The notes beneath the pieces were generated by a model. The model was not told the origin of the DNA. It was given only the letters and a program-made list of their open reading frames with translations, and ran no database searches. Below are positions 46,040 through 54,952 of a DNA stretch of 64,000 nt, one piece after another. The position numbers and the translations under genes are program-made. This stretch comes from an uncultured Candidatus Saccharibacteria bacterium (GTDB taxonomy: Bacteria > Patescibacteriota > Minisyncoccia > 2-02-FULL-40-12 > GWA2-44-9): NCBI GenBank assembly GCA_964553025.1, contig CAZKJF010000018.1, positions 1,641 to 65,640 of the forward strand, read 5' to 3'. Each line of letters starts with the position of its first letter. Positions within the stretch are counted from its first letter, which is position 1.

Positions 46040-47812
46040 TTATCGGACAAACGTAGCGTTGCCGCCGCCAAGCGATTGGACACGAACAGCGCCGCCGCCG
46101 GTTGTGCCGCCAAAGGCGCGCGTGTTGGTTTGAGCGGTGCTAGAGCTAGAACTCGGCATGATGGTGCGAGTGACAATTTCGTCGCCTTCAGCCAGGCCGC
46201 TTTTAATTTCTGTTTCCGTATCGCCCTGAAGGCCGATTTCGACCTGCTTCATCTCCGGCTGGGCCGGCAAGGCTGCGGAGCCGATGGTCGTCGTGCCGGC
46301 CGCACCCACATCCACGCCAGTAATTGTCTGGACAAACCATTGGCCGTTCGTCTGGCGTACTGCGGTCGTCGGCACCATCAAAACATCGGTGCTCACGCCG
46401 CTTAAGATCGTAACTGTCGTACTCATCCCGGGTTTGACTTTGTCGTTTTCAACATCGAGCGCGACTTGGGCGTTATACGAGACGACGCCCTGGCTGACAG
46501 TCCCAAGCGAGTCGACCGAGATGACCGTCCCGGTGAGAGTAACATCGGGCAATGCATCGAACGTAAGGGTCGCTTTCTGGCCTTCGTGGATATTCGCAAT
46601 ATCAGTTTCGTTCAAAGAAATGTCGGCGATGCTCTTTTGGGTATAGATTGTCGCCACGGTCGTGCCGCTGGAAACGGAATCGCCGCGCTGCACGGGCACA
46701 TCGGCCAGTACGCCGTCAAACGGAGCGCGAACGTACAGATCGGCCAGCGCATCTTTGGCATCCTGCAGCGCGGCCTCTTTCTGGGCTACAGAATTCTGCT
46801 GGTTAGCCAGATCAAGCGGATCGCCGAGCTGGGAGCTTTGGATGGATTGCTTGATACTGCGGATCGAATCGCGCGAACTGGTTACGCTCGACAACCGGCT
46901 GTTAATCGTGCTTGCATAGCCGGCAAGATCGCCCTGATAATTTGTGACCTGCGCAGGTATGGTATTGATGACTTGGCCGTTCGCGCCGACCGTGCGATTC
47001 TTGCTTTGCGCGTCGCTAACCGCATCCAGCAAATTCTGCTCGCTCTTGATGGCCTGGGCTTCAAGCTTCAAAACTGAAATCGTGGTATCCAGCATCGTCG
47101 CAATGGTATCTTCATCGGTTTCGTCCAGGCGGAGCGTGCGATAGGTGGCTAAAGCCGGATCGTACGCCGCGCGTGCGGCGTTATAATCGGTCTGGGCCTG
47201 CGTTGCCAGTGCCTGAATGGCGTCATGTTCATCGGTGTCAGTGCCGTAGTTCGCGTACTGACAGAGATTGGGCGTACAGTCGCCTTTGAGCGTGTTGGCA
47301 TAGAGCACATCGTCGGTGCCCTGCATCACATCCACTAAGCTCAAGAAGGTGCTCGAAATCTGGCTGACCGCGTCGGTATAGCTCTTTGTCAGATTATCGT
47401 CTCGATCTTGCTGGCTTGAAGATTGATCGAGTTGGAATTTCTGCAGGGCAACTTTGGCGTTATCGAGCGCAAGTTGGGCGTCACGGACGTTTTTCTGGGC
47501 GTCGGTGGTATCGAGCTGGGCAATCAGTTGGCCGGACTTGACCGTCTGGCCTTTTTTGGCCGCAACGTACGTTATATCGCCGGACGCTTTGGGTTTAATA
47601 TCAACTTTGTTCTGCGAAGAAATTTGGCCGGCTTCGGTAATGCCTGCCGTCACCGTTCCTTTTTGGACAGTTCCAATCACATACTGCGTCTCGGCTTTTG
47701 AGGTGCTATGGAAGAACCCGTAATACACGGCCACCGCAATAATCAAAACGGCAAACAGCGACACGATCTTATGCCTTCGAACATACGAACCGAACGAAGA
47801 AAAATAATTCAT
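46040..47812 (-). CDS. MacA-like periplasmic adaptor (membrane fusion) protein
   Basis: TM, lipoyl halves (VKSGQLIAQLD; APFDGV), long coiled coil, PGMS, EIKSGLAEGD. Confidence 0.88.
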   Translation of the reverse strand: MNYFSSFGSYVRRHKIVSLFAVLIIAVAVYYGFFHSTSKAETQYVIGTVQKGTVTAGITEAGQISSQNKVDIKPKASGDITYVAAKKGQTVKSGQLIAQLDTTDAQKNVRDAQLALDNAKVALQKFQLDQSSSQQDRDDNLTKSYTDAVSQISSTFLSLVDVMQGTDDVLYANTLKGDCTPNLCQYANYGTDTDEHDAIQALATQAQTDYNAARAAYDPALATYRTLRLDETDEDTIATMLDTTISVLKLEAQAIKSEQNLLDAVSDAQSKNRTVGANGQVINTIPAQVTNYQGDLAGYASTINSRLSSVTSSRDSIRSIKQSIQSSQLGDPLDLANQQNSVAQKEAALQDAKDALADLYVRAPFDGVLADVPVQRGDSVSSGTTVATIYTQKSIADISLNETDIANIHEGQKATLTFDALPDVTLTGTVISVDSLGTVSQGVVSYNAQVALDVENDKVKPGMSTTVTILSGVSTDVLMVPTTAVRQTNGQWFVQTITGVDVGAAGTTTIGSAALPAQPEMKQVEIGLQGDTETEIKSGLAEGDEIVTRTIMPSSSSSTAQTNTRAFGGTTGGGAVRVQSLGGGNATFVR

Positions 47813-47874
47813 ATTTAAGATAAGCGGATATACAAATAAAGCCGCGCGAATTGCCGCGCAACCTTATGCACCCT

Positions 47875-47902
47875 AATACGCAATTCTCCTGGAATCGTTA
47901 CA
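47875..47902 (-). promoter_or_regulatory. ECF-type promoter of the MacAB-like operon
   Basis: TGTAAC-N16-CGTATT. Confidence 0.65.
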
Positions 47903-47909
47903 TTCAGGG

Positions 47910-48566
47910 CTATTGGACTGTCGGGAGAGACTGGCAGTCGCGGCCGTTATAATTCACGTCCGAGAGGGACACATAACCGGTAGCGCTGCCCTGGAGCGAG
48001 CCGTCCGAGAGGTCGACTTTAGCCCACGACGAAGCGGAAGTACCGGTTACTCCGGTAACTTTGGTGTAATCGCCGAAATGCATCGTCGCCACGACCGAAG
48101 CCGCAGCTGATTTGCTTGATCGGACCGGAATATCGGCCTGGGCCATGGTGTAGCAGGTAAACGGCGGCAAAGTCGGCATTTCCGGTACGTTATCGCAATC
48201 ACCCTGGAGCTGGAAATCGGCATCGGGCGGAATCCAGCGCAATCGGAACGGTCCGACATTCGGTGCTTGAGCGGAAGCCGGATCAAAGCCGACCCAGCCG
48301 TTGGCAGTCACGCCACCGGCGATAATCTGGTCATCCGAAGTGGCTTGGCCGAACACCGGCGCCTGGGTGCTGGGTCGGCTGTAAACGGTCGTCGTCTCGC
48401 GCAGTACAATATCGCACGAAGACGCGAGTCCCGTCGGAGAAACGCTGGCGCTTGCCGACGGAGTCGGACTGGTGCCGGCGTGTTCCGATCGCGGATTCCA
48501 GTACCATAAATAGAGGCCGGCCAGCCCAACCAATATGATAATGATGATCGAGAAAAGTGTTTTCAT
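47910..48566 (-). CDS. membrane-anchored protein with SH3b-like domains
   Basis: TM, SP linker, VYSRPS..APV and VRSS....SVV...W.KV...TGYV patterns. Confidence 0.55.
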   Translation of the reverse strand: MKTLFSIIIIILVGLAGLYLWYWNPRSEHAGTSPTPSASASVSPTGLASSCDIVLRETTTVYSRPSTQAPVFGQATSDDQIIAGGVTANGWVGFDPASAQAPNVGPFRLRWIPPDADFQLQGDCDNVPEMPTLPPFTCYTMAQADIPVRSSKSAAASVVATMHFGDYTKVTGVTGTSASSWAKVDLSDGSLQGSATGYVSLSDVNYNGRDCQSLPTVQ

Positions 48567-48583
48567 ATGTAGAGAGTATATGC

Positions 48584-49930
48584 TTAATATCCGAACTTTT
48601 CAAAGTGGATCCGGGCCGGCGCCACTCCTAAGCCGCTGACGATGTGCCGTATGGCTTCTGTCATGGCCGCCGGGCCGCAAAAATATATATCCCGCTCCCG
48701 ATAATCAGAGACATACTCCTTTATGTGGCCGCCGTCAATACGGCCGGGCTCATGGCTCGATTGATGCTGTTCGAGGAAGAAATAGAGCTTGAACGGATGC
48801 CGGCGCTGGAGCGCGAGCAATTCCTCTTTAAACACGATATCGTGTTCGGTGCGATTGGCGTACAGTAATATCACATCGGCGCCGGCGGCCGCCAACGGTT
48901 CGATCATAGCCCGGATGGGCGTGATGCCGATGCCGCCGGCGATCAGCAGGAATTTGTCAGTCTGGGCGATCTCCCGCGTAAATACTCCCAGCGGCCCGTC
49001 AATGACGACTCTCGTTTCCGCCTCCAGCTTATTGATTCGGGACGTAAAATCGCCCGCACCCCGAATCGTAAACCGAATCTCGCTGCCGCCGGGCGGCAGC
49101 GAGAACGAGAATGGATGGGCGAACAGCATTCCTTTCTGCAAAAAGAATAAATTGGCGAACTGGCCGGGCCGATACCGAAAAGCCGCCAGGTTCCTGCCGG
49201 TTATATAAATAGAGTGGACGTCGGGCGCTTCGCGGACGATCCGATCGATGCGGAATTTAAACCGGTTCAGATTCCAGAGCGGTCTTATGAACCGGAATAG
49301 CACTAGAAGGCCGAACGCACCCCAGGTAATGGATTGCCATGCAAACTTGGCGGCAGGATTGCCGGCGAAATCGCCGAAGTTTGTTTGATGCTCGAGCACC
49401 AGGATAATCGCGGCGTAGACGGAGAGATGGATAAGGTACCACGTTTCGTAGCGATAGCGCCGGTGCAGAAACATCCGCACCGAAGCGATAATAATCGTGG
49501 CGAAAATCACCCAGGCAATAAACGCTTCCCAAACTCCGTCCCAGACGGTAACCAGCGTCCAAGCCTGGCCCCAAAATCCCGTCTGGCTCCAAACTGCGTG
49601 ACCCAGAATGATCAGGAGCGGATGCAGTATCAAGAAAGCCGACAGCGTGAACCCGTTATACTGATGCCAGCGATTCAGTTTATCGTGGCCGAAAGCCTGC
49701 TCGATAAAGGGAATGCGACCGATTAGGAATATCTGCAGGAGCACGCCGGCCTCCGCCAGGAGGCCGGCGAGGCGGCCCAGCGCGACCACACGGGCGCCGG
49801 GCCCGCCCCGGTTCATCAAAGCCCCCCACCCCGGCGGTCCCCAGAAAAAAAAAAGACAGCCCCAGGCCGCCGCGCCGATTGCGGAGATAATTAACCGTTT
49901 TAAGGCAAGTAATCGAGTACATTGAGCCAT
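48584..49930 (-). CDS. ferric reductase-like transmembrane + ferredoxin-reductase (FAD/NAD) protein; start uncertain
   Basis: Paired His in TMs, HPFS, GDFT, IDGPLG, AGGIGITP, CGP, HFEKF. Confidence 0.88.
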   Translation of the reverse strand: MAQCTRLLALKRLIISAIGAAAWGCLFFFWGPPGWGALMNRGGPGARVVALGRLAGLLAEAGVLLQIFLIGRIPFIEQAFGHDKLNRWHQYNGFTLSAFLILHPLLIILGHAVWSQTGFWGQAWTLVTVWDGVWEAFIAWVIFATIIIASVRMFLHRRYRYETWYLIHLSVYAAIILVLEHQTNFGDFAGNPAAKFAWQSITWGAFGLLVLFRFIRPLWNLNRFKFRIDRIVREAPDVHSIYITGRNLAAFRYRPGQFANLFFLQKGMLFAHPFSFSLPPGGSEIRFTIRGAGDFTSRINKLEAETRVVIDGPLGVFTREIAQTDKFLLIAGGIGITPIRAMIEPLAAAGADVILLYANRTEHDIVFKEELLALQRRHPFKLYFFLEQHQSSHEPGRIDGGHIKEYVSDYRERDIYFCGPAAMTEAIRHIVSGLGVAPARIHFEKFGY

Positions 49931-50541
49931 CCGTTCAATTCATCCTTGGTCTGCACGTAGCCGGCAATCGTGATCGCCGTCCCGACGTGAATTCCCAGAT
50001 GCAAATGCTTCCGTTCGCCGTCTGTTTCCGAACTATAGCCGGTTCCCAGAACCGCGATCTGCCGGCCGTGGATCAATTGGTCGCCGACCGCCGCAAATAC
50101 GCTTGTCAGCCGGACATGGCCGTAAATCACCGTGACGTCCTGGCCGTCTAAAACGCAGCGCTGGACCATCACGCCGCCATAGCCGCTTGCTGTTCGTTTT
50201 TGAACCAGTGGCCCGTCACACAAAGCATATACGGCCACATCTACGTTTTGTTCCGCTTCCGTGGTCTCGAAATCAACGCCGGTATGATAGCCGGTGAAGC
50301 GCTCGGGCTGAACCGGCGAGGAGCCTGGCTTGACGAATATGCCCAGCGGCTTTTTGGTTACCCGGTCGCGGGCATGAGAGATCGGCTCGGCAATCGCTGC
50401 CGCCGGAGCCGACGCGCTTACCGACGGACTCGGCGAGTTCGTCGCACTCGGCATCTCAACTTTCTCTCGGAAGACCCAGAACGCGCTAAACCCGCCCAGA
50501 ACAATAATAAAGCAGGCGATAACTATCCGGCGGCGATTCAT
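49900..50541 (-). CDS. M23 family peptidase
   Basis: HTGVD, YGH, HLH. Confidence 0.88.
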   Translation of the reverse strand: MNRRRIVIACFIIVLGGFSAFWVFREKVEMPSATNSPSPSVSASAPAAAIAEPISHARDRVTKKPLGIFVKPGSSPVQPERFTGYHTGVDFETTEAEQNVDVAVYALCDGPLVQKRTASGYGGVMVQRCVLDGQDVTVIYGHVRLTSVFAAVGDQLIHGRQIAVLGTGYSSETDGERKHLHLGIHVGTAITIAGYVQTKDELNGWLNVLDYLP

Positions 50542-50550
50542 GGGCGAAAA

Positions 50551-51087
50551 TTAATACGAAATGAAATTAATCCCCTGCGGCATCGCGAACACCGATGCGT
50601 CCACGCTGGCGCTGGTGCAAGAATAATTCAAGTTCTGATTGAAGTTTACGCCCTGGTTCGATTGGCTGGAGCTGCTGGAAGCCGAAACCGTAGTCTTCAC
50701 GCCGGTAGCAGACAAGCTGGACCAGCTATACACGTCCGAACCGTTGACCAGCACATATGCTTTCATGGTTTGGCCCGCTGCTGAAACATCGAAATCACCC
50801 CTCAATTTGCCGTTGGAGATATATACAATACCCGAACTGATGTCCATTTCCGTGCTGTGCTGGACCGTGCATTTTACGGAACCTTTCATGGCCAGCAAGG
50901 TCTGCAGCGTCCCGCTCGACGATCCGCTTGCCGTCGGCGACGCTGTCTCGCTCGCGCTCGGAAACGGCGTCGCCGACGGACAAGGATTCGAACCCCCGAG
51001 GTCCGAATGGCCGACAAAATACCAGACACCGGCCCCAATCACCGCCACCCCCGCAATCCACGCAATTCCCATCGCAACTTTTGACAT
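50551..51087 (-). CDS. membrane-anchored hypothetical protein
   Basis: TM from ATG 51087, SP linker, KCT...G.VY.SNGKLRGDF...Y.W...YSC...D.SVF. Confidence 0.7.
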   Translation of the reverse strand: MSKVAMGIAWIAGVAVIGAGVWYFVGHSDLGGSNPCPSATPFPSASETASPTASGSSSGTLQTLLAMKGSVKCTVQHSTEMDISSGIVYISNGKLRGDFDVSAAGQTMKAYVLVNGSDVYSWSSLSATGVKTTVSASSSSSQSNQGVNFNQNLNYSCTSASVDASVFAMPQGINFISY

Positions 51088-51146
51088 AATAAAAGAAGGA
51101 TTAGCCGTTTTCTGAATCTTACACAATAACTTCGATTTTGGAAATA

Positions 51147-51176
51147 CCAAAAGCGGCTCTGACGAGCCGCTTTTGG
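51147..51176 (-). terminator. terminator hairpin
   Basis: CCAAAAGCGGCTC/GAGCCGCTTTTGG. Confidence 0.75.
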
Positions 51177-51185
51177 AGCAAGCAG

Positions 51186-54100
51186 TTACTGGCGTTTGTA
51201 TGGGGGGACTTGCGAGAGCGAAGTGTAGGCGTTCGAAGAGAGCGTGTACCACGCGAATTCATTGTTGTTGACGCAGAACACTTTTTTGAAGAATTCCGGG
51301 TCTTGAGCAACGGCCTGATCGCCGGCCATATTGACCCAATGCAGGATTGCAGTATCTTCGCCCGTCACCTCCACCGCGTAGACCTTCGGATCGTTGGTCT
51401 CACAATTTTGGAAGAGGGTCGTGGTCGGAAACGCATCGCGGGCTTCGGGCGTGATAGTCTTCACATTGCTCCAGCCGCCGAGGTGGCCGTAGAAGTTGAA
51501 GATCACGGGATTCAGGAACAGCCGCTTATAGCCGTAAGTATTGATTATATAAATGTCGGGGTCATTGGAGCCAGCGGCGCTGATCATTTGACCTTCGTTA
51601 AGACCGTACTTGCCAAGGTTAGCCGAATCCCCAGTCGTGATACCCAAGACAGTCGGACTGGGCGTAGGTGTCGGCGAAACCACAGGCGTTATTGCGCCGC
51701 AGCCGCCACAACCCCCGCCTCCACCACTGGATAAAGGTTGCGGAGTCGGCGTGGGCGTAGGTGTCGGCGAAGTTGACGCTTCAATCTCATTGCCATACGT
51801 TTCCGGCGAGCCGTGCGATACCGGCCGGAAATAATACGAGGTTGCCGCGGCCAACCCGCTGATCGTCACCGAATGGCTCACAACCAATTGAGAATCTTCA
51901 CCGGTCGTATTCGCATACCCGTAGCATTCGAAAGATGCGGAAGCGACAGCTGTCGGATTGCAAGTGTTCGCGCCGACCGGCTCATGGGAAACCGTATCCC
52001 AGACGACGCGGCTTGTCGCCGGATGAGTTGTAGTCCACGTGATCGTAATGCTGTCCGAGGTGGCAGAAGCGGTTTGTTGGGCAAGCACATGGAGCGTGGC
52101 GGGAATGACGGTTTCAAATTGAGCGGAAGCTACGCCGATATTTCCGGCCGCGTCAGTAGCTTTGAGGGTAAAGATATGGGAACCGCTGGCCGTGAGAACA
52201 GGTTCGAACGGCGAAGCGCATACCGCAAACGAAATAGAATCGATCTTGCATTCGGTCGTTGTCGGACTAGCGTCAGAAACGCTGAACGCCAGATGGGGTG
52301 CGGCGTCGGTGGGACTCGCGATGGGATCAATCGAAACTGCGGGAGCGGTAACATCTTTGTCGCGAAGCGTGATGATACAGGCGGCAGAATGGCCCGTCGA
52401 GAGGGCGCCGACGCACTCGGCTGATCTCGAGGCGGCATAATTGGAAGGTACTGGGGTCGTAATATTCACCGCATACTGTTGATTGGAAGAAATACTGACC
52501 AAGGTTCCCTCGCTGCTGCCGACGAAGGATTGCGGATTGGCAACCACTCCGTCCACGGAAATCGTTAGATCGCTTGGAACCATCGTCCCGCCGAAATTAT
52601 TTTCCACATTCACGGTTACGTTTAGGCTCGGGTCTTTCATTTTTTCCACTCCTTCGGAAACCGTGTACACGGGAATATTCACGGAACGAATGTAATCGAG
52701 AATCGTCCGCAGCATTTCCGGCGTTGCGCCGTACGCCATATCTTCGCTGGTAGATACGCCTTCTTCAATCTGATGGAAAACGAGAATCAGCCAAGTCCGG
52801 TCGGCAACGGCCTGATTGATCCAATTCTTGACCTGGTCGGGTGTAGTATCGGCATTCACCGATTGGCCGTACAGCGCGAACATGTCCACATTCTTGTCGT
52901 TGAAGCCGGGAGAAACGGTGCGGCCCGACGTGTATCCGGCGCCGGCTGAAATTTCTTCAACCGAGTGGTTGTAGCTGCCGTAGGGATATGCGATGGGCAA
53001 AACGGGAGCCAAGCCGCCGCCAAGCAGTTCCTGGCGATTGCCGGAAATTTCCAATGTTGCATCGGTACCGCCAAGCGTGGCCAAATCGGGATGCGTCTGG
53101 GTATGGCCGCCTACCTCATGCCCGTCCGCTTCCAGGCCAGCGACTTGTTCCGGCGTCATAAATATGCTGAATGCTCCGAATGCAACGTCATCCACCGTCA
53201 GCGTCCCCGCTCCGCGAAGTCCGTGAATGACTGTCACCAATTTGGCATCGGGCGGAATATAAATATTGGAAGTTGAATACTGGGTCCACTCGTCGCCCGA
53301 TGAACCAAGCGTCGCATACGGTTTCTTGTCGGAAGTCGCATTGCCGTCGCTATCGATATATTCAAGCGAGCCGCTTGCCACCGTGATTTGAACAAAAATC
53401 GCGGATTGGGTGCTGCTTTTATACCAATCGCTGTAGGAATAAAACTTGTCGGGCAAGATCGTTACGGGCGAGAAATACCAGCCCGGACTGTTGCTGTTGG
53501 TATTGCTTTGATTGGAATGAACTTGTACCGCTCGGCCGGAATGGCCGCCGGAAGAAAGATAGGAAAATGTCGCGTTGGCGCTGCCGGACGTAAGCCAATC
53601 CTTGGGCATGCTTGAGTTTTCCGGATCGACCGTCTCCAATCCGGGGTTCGCAACGCCGAAACCCGACGCGTGAGAAATGATATAAAAGGTTCCTTTGACT
53701 CCCGCCGCGTCCAAAATCGGCTGGGCAATGGTCGCATGATCGGCATAACCGTCATCGAACGTAAGCGAAACAAAGCCGTTAGCGAATGGCACCGGCGGTT
53801 TAACCTGAATTAAACTAAAGTTGTCCAGCGTCAGCGTGCCGGCTGAATAAAGAATATGGTAGACGGTCATGGATGCTGCGCCGTCGGGGACGATAAATGT
53901 TTCGGTAATTGATTTCCAGGTCGTCGTCGGAGTTGCCGGAATATTGTAGAACCCCATGTAGGACAAATGATTGCCGCCCGCGTCGAAAAATTCAGCGGTG
54001 ATAATCGTGGGGACCGACGCCACATAAGCGTCGGAGAACGTGTATTGCCGGCCGGACGTAACGGCGACAGGGTCAAAATACCATTTGGCATCTCCGCCTT

Positions 54101-54767
54101 CATTCAAGCCCGTCGGGTCGCTGTAGACGCCTTGATAGGACGGAAATGAAACGCGGATCGCGTTGCCGTTTGAAATATCGGACTCGGGGCCGCCGGCGAC
54201 GGGATACTCGTAAAGCGGCGCGTTTACGCCCCACTGGGTGCCCTTGGACCAGCCGAGTGGCAGAGACGGATCGGAGCCGGCGGTTTCCAACCCCGGATTC
54301 TTGACGAGATTGGGACTGGGCGCGTTCGGGTCTCCTTCGTCGATGTCATCATAGATAATCGTACAGGTAACGGTATCGTCGGCCGCAATCGATCCGGTGC
54401 AATCAGGAGAGAGCAGTGCTTTGTAGCTTGAGCCTGGGTTGGTGGCGACGATGTAGGCGGCGTTCGGATCGAGCGTGATTACACGTTCGATCGCGCTGCC
54501 GGGAAACGATGACAGGGAGGGATTGGCGCCGGAAACGGTGATGATGAAGTTGCTTTCGATATTCGTGCCGCCATTGTCATTCACGACTGCGGTGATGATC
54601 TTGAGAGTCGCAGGACCCGCCGGTTCGGGTGTCGGGGTCGGTGAAGGACTTTCACTCGGAGTGGGTGTCGGAGTTTCATCGGCGCTGGCGGCGAAGGGGC
54701 TCAAAGGCAGCAGGAAAGAAACCGCTGAAACGACTGCTACTGACAAGAGAAATTTTTTGGTTGACAT
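51186..54767 (-). CDS. multidomain exported polysaccharide deacetylase (CE4/NodB) with CBM-like, Ig-like and FN3-like modules
   Basis: Signal peptide, TFDDG, HTQTH, AYPYG, LVFH; two NPGLET-starting CBM4_9-like units. Confidence 0.85.
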   Translation of the reverse strand: MSTKKFLLSVAVVSAVSFLLPLSPFAASADETPTPTPSESPSPTPTPEPAGPATLKIITAVVNDNGGTNIESNFIITVSGANPSLSSFPGSAIERVITLDPNAAYIVATNPGSSYKALLSPDCTGSIAADDTVTCTIIYDDIDEGDPNAPSPNLVKNPGLETAGSDPSLPLGWSKGTQWGVNAPLYEYPVAGGPESDISNGNAIRVSFPSYQGVYSDPTGLNEGGDAKWYFDPVAVTSGRQYTFSDAYVASVPTIITAEFFDAGGNHLSYMGFYNIPATPTTTWKSITETFIVPDGAASMTVYHILYSAGTLTLDNFSLIQVKPPVPFANGFVSLTFDDGYADHATIAQPILDAAGVKGTFYIISHASGFGVANPGLETVDPENSSMPKDWLTSGSANATFSYLSSGGHSGRAVQVHSNQSNTNSNSPGWYFSPVTILPDKFYSYSDWYKSSTQSAIFVQITVASGSLEYIDSDGNATSDKKPYATLGSSGDEWTQYSTSNIYIPPDAKLVTVIHGLRGAGTLTVDDVAFGAFSIFMTPEQVAGLEADGHEVGGHTQTHPDLATLGGTDATLEISGNRQELLGGGLAPVLPIAYPYGSYNHSVEEISAGAGYTSGRTVSPGFNDKNVDMFALYGQSVNADTTPDQVKNWINQAVADRTWLILVFHQIEEGVSTSEDMAYGATPEMLRTILDYIRSVNIPVYTVSEGVEKMKDPSLNVTVNVENNFGGTMVPSDLTISVDGVVANPQSFVGSSEGTLVSISSNQQYAVNITTPVPSNYAASRSAECVGALSTGHSAACIITLRDKDVTAPAVSIDPIASPTDAAPHLAFSVSDASPTTTECKIDSISFAVCASPFEPVLTASGSHIFTLKATDAAGNIGVASAQFETVIPATLHVLAQQTASATSDSITITWTTTHPATSRVVWDTVSHEPVGANTCNPTAVASASFECYGYANTTGEDSQLVVSHSVTISGLAAATSYYFRPVSHGSPETYGNEIEASTSPTPTPTPTPQPLSSGGGGGCGGCGAITPVVSPTPTPSPTVLGITTGDSANLGKYGLNEGQMISAAGSNDPDIYIINTYGYKRLFLNPVIFNFYGHLGGWSNVKTITPEARDAFPTTTLFQNCETNDPKVYAVEVTGEDTAILHWVNMAGDQAVAQDPEFFKKVFCVNNNEFAWYTLSSNAYTSLSQVPPYKRQ

Positions 54768-54952
54768 TACGGTAAATTCCGGCAGAGATGCCGGTTCCGG
54801 GCATGCATTTCTAGTGAGGCATATTATAGTCTTTTGCCTTAAATAGTCAAGTATGATGCTGCCGTAACAATCTCAAGGAGAATCAGTATCTACTTCCTGG
54901 CTATCCACAGCAGCGCCTAGAGAAGGCTTATGCATGTGGTACCTTTGAAGCC

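Noticed and set aside
51088-51252. N-terminal extension of the 233-aa ORF in the track
   Set aside because: It crosses a terminator hairpin and overlaps the upstream gene; ATG 51087 directly precedes the TM segment.
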